In this document: in pieces, positions 23,649-24,000 of the stretch | How the letters are laid out: every line of letters starts with the position of its first letter | Position numbering within the stretch: the stretch's first letter is position 1 | DNA from: an uncultured Thermoanaerobacteraceae bacterium | GTDB taxonomy: Bacteria; Bacillota; JADQBR01 | NCBI GenBank assembly: GCA_964529795.1 | Contig: CAZGXM010000002.1 | Coordinates: forward strand, 1 to 24,000 | Direction: 5' to 3' | DNA: 24,000 bases | Program-made: the position numbers and the translations under genes | Notes under the pieces: generated by a model | What the model saw: the letters and a program-made list of their open reading frames with translations, nothing else | Told to the model about the DNA's origin: nothing | Databases searched by the model: none

Positions 23649-24000
23649 CTACCACTGGTCTTCATCTTCTACCAAGCTCTTAAAATCGCTGTCCAAAAGC
23701 TCGTTAACGGGAATCTCCTTCTTATCCAGGGCGGAAACATAGCTCAGCTTCTTTTTGGCAATTGCTTTGAGATTATCACACGATACCATACCGCGGTCAA
23801 ATACCAAGAGGCATTCTTCGATTCCAAAGCGTTCTTTTAGCACCAGCAGTAAAGCTTCGACTGTGGTAATGTCCTGGGCATTTCCCGGCATTACCTGCCA
23901 GTAAAAGGGATATCCATCTGGTGTAACTACCAGGCCAATGGCAACCTGCGGCCTGCCGGAGCGGTGGTCGCGGGAATAACCCCTGGAAGCTAAAATACAC
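23649..24000 (-). mobile_element. IS1634/IS4-like DDE transposase fragment (runs off the window, ends prematurely)
   Basis: One continuous minus-strand frame from the window edge reads ILASRGYSRDHRSGRPQVAIGLVVTPDGYPFYWQVMPGNAQDITTVEALLLVLKERFGIEECLLVFDRGMVSCDNLKAI. It stops about 35 aa after the DRG motif, so the third catalytic region is absent. Confidence 0.6.

Noticed and set aside
12671-24000. The idea that the two transposase fragments (12671-13005 and 23649-24000, both on the minus strand) bracket a composite transposon carrying the ars, met, glnA and aroF genes.
   Set aside because: The two fragments do not look like the same IS. Both are degraded, I could not identify inverted or direct repeat ends, and the enclosed genes (glnA, metIC) are core housekeeping functions.
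1-24000. CRISPR arrays, tRNA and rRNA genes.
   Set aside because: I saw no regularly spaced direct repeats, no cloverleaf-like segments with conserved GTTC/TTCGAATC-type arms, and no rRNA-like conserved blocks anywhere in the window.

Overview
This 24-kb chromosomal window looks like it comes from an anaerobic Bacillota/Clostridia genome, possibly Peptococcaceae-like. That placement is an inference from GGAGG-type RBSs, S-box, T-box and ANTAR-type leaders, a 2-oxoacid:ferredoxin oxidoreductase and many Fe-S/radical-SAM genes. Nearly all real genes are on the + strand. In order: (1) A translationally coupled 4-gene lipoate-assembly operon of the recently described sLpl(AB)/LipT/LipS1/LipS2 type. 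Its ligase carries an extra C-terminal Cys-rich DUF116-like module, and the operon abuts a 5'-truncated beta-propeller gene. (2) An enoyl-CoA hydratase, a DUF3298-like gene on the minus strand, and a PaaI thioesterase. (3) An hgcA/hgcB-like pair (corrinoid membrane protein plus 2x[4Fe-4S] ferredoxin) with a non-canonical cap helix NVWCSSGK and no C-terminal Cys-Cys in the ferredoxin. (4) A two-subunit 2-oxoacid:ferredoxin oxidoreductase (korAB). (5) A decay zone holding a LarE-like pseudogene and a DDE transposase remnant. (6) A radical SAM/SPASM gene followed by arsR-acr3-metallophosphoesterase, with no arsC. (7) A SAM-I riboswitch controlling two tandem Cys/Met PLP enzymes (metI/metC-like). 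(8) glnA behind a leader with the dual-hexaloop ANTAR antiterminator signature. (9) A QueG/RdhA-like Fe-S protein. (10) A T-box leader (probable Phe UUC specifier) with a duplicated antiterminator/terminator module, upstream of a DAHP synthase that has an N-terminal regulatory domain. (11) A truncated IS1634-like transposase at the right edge. I found no rRNA, tRNA or CRISPR array. The items most worth follow-up are the ligase-DUF116 fusion within the lipoate operon, the variant hgcAB-like pair, the ars operon ending in a metallophosphoesterase, and the unannotated RNA leaders.
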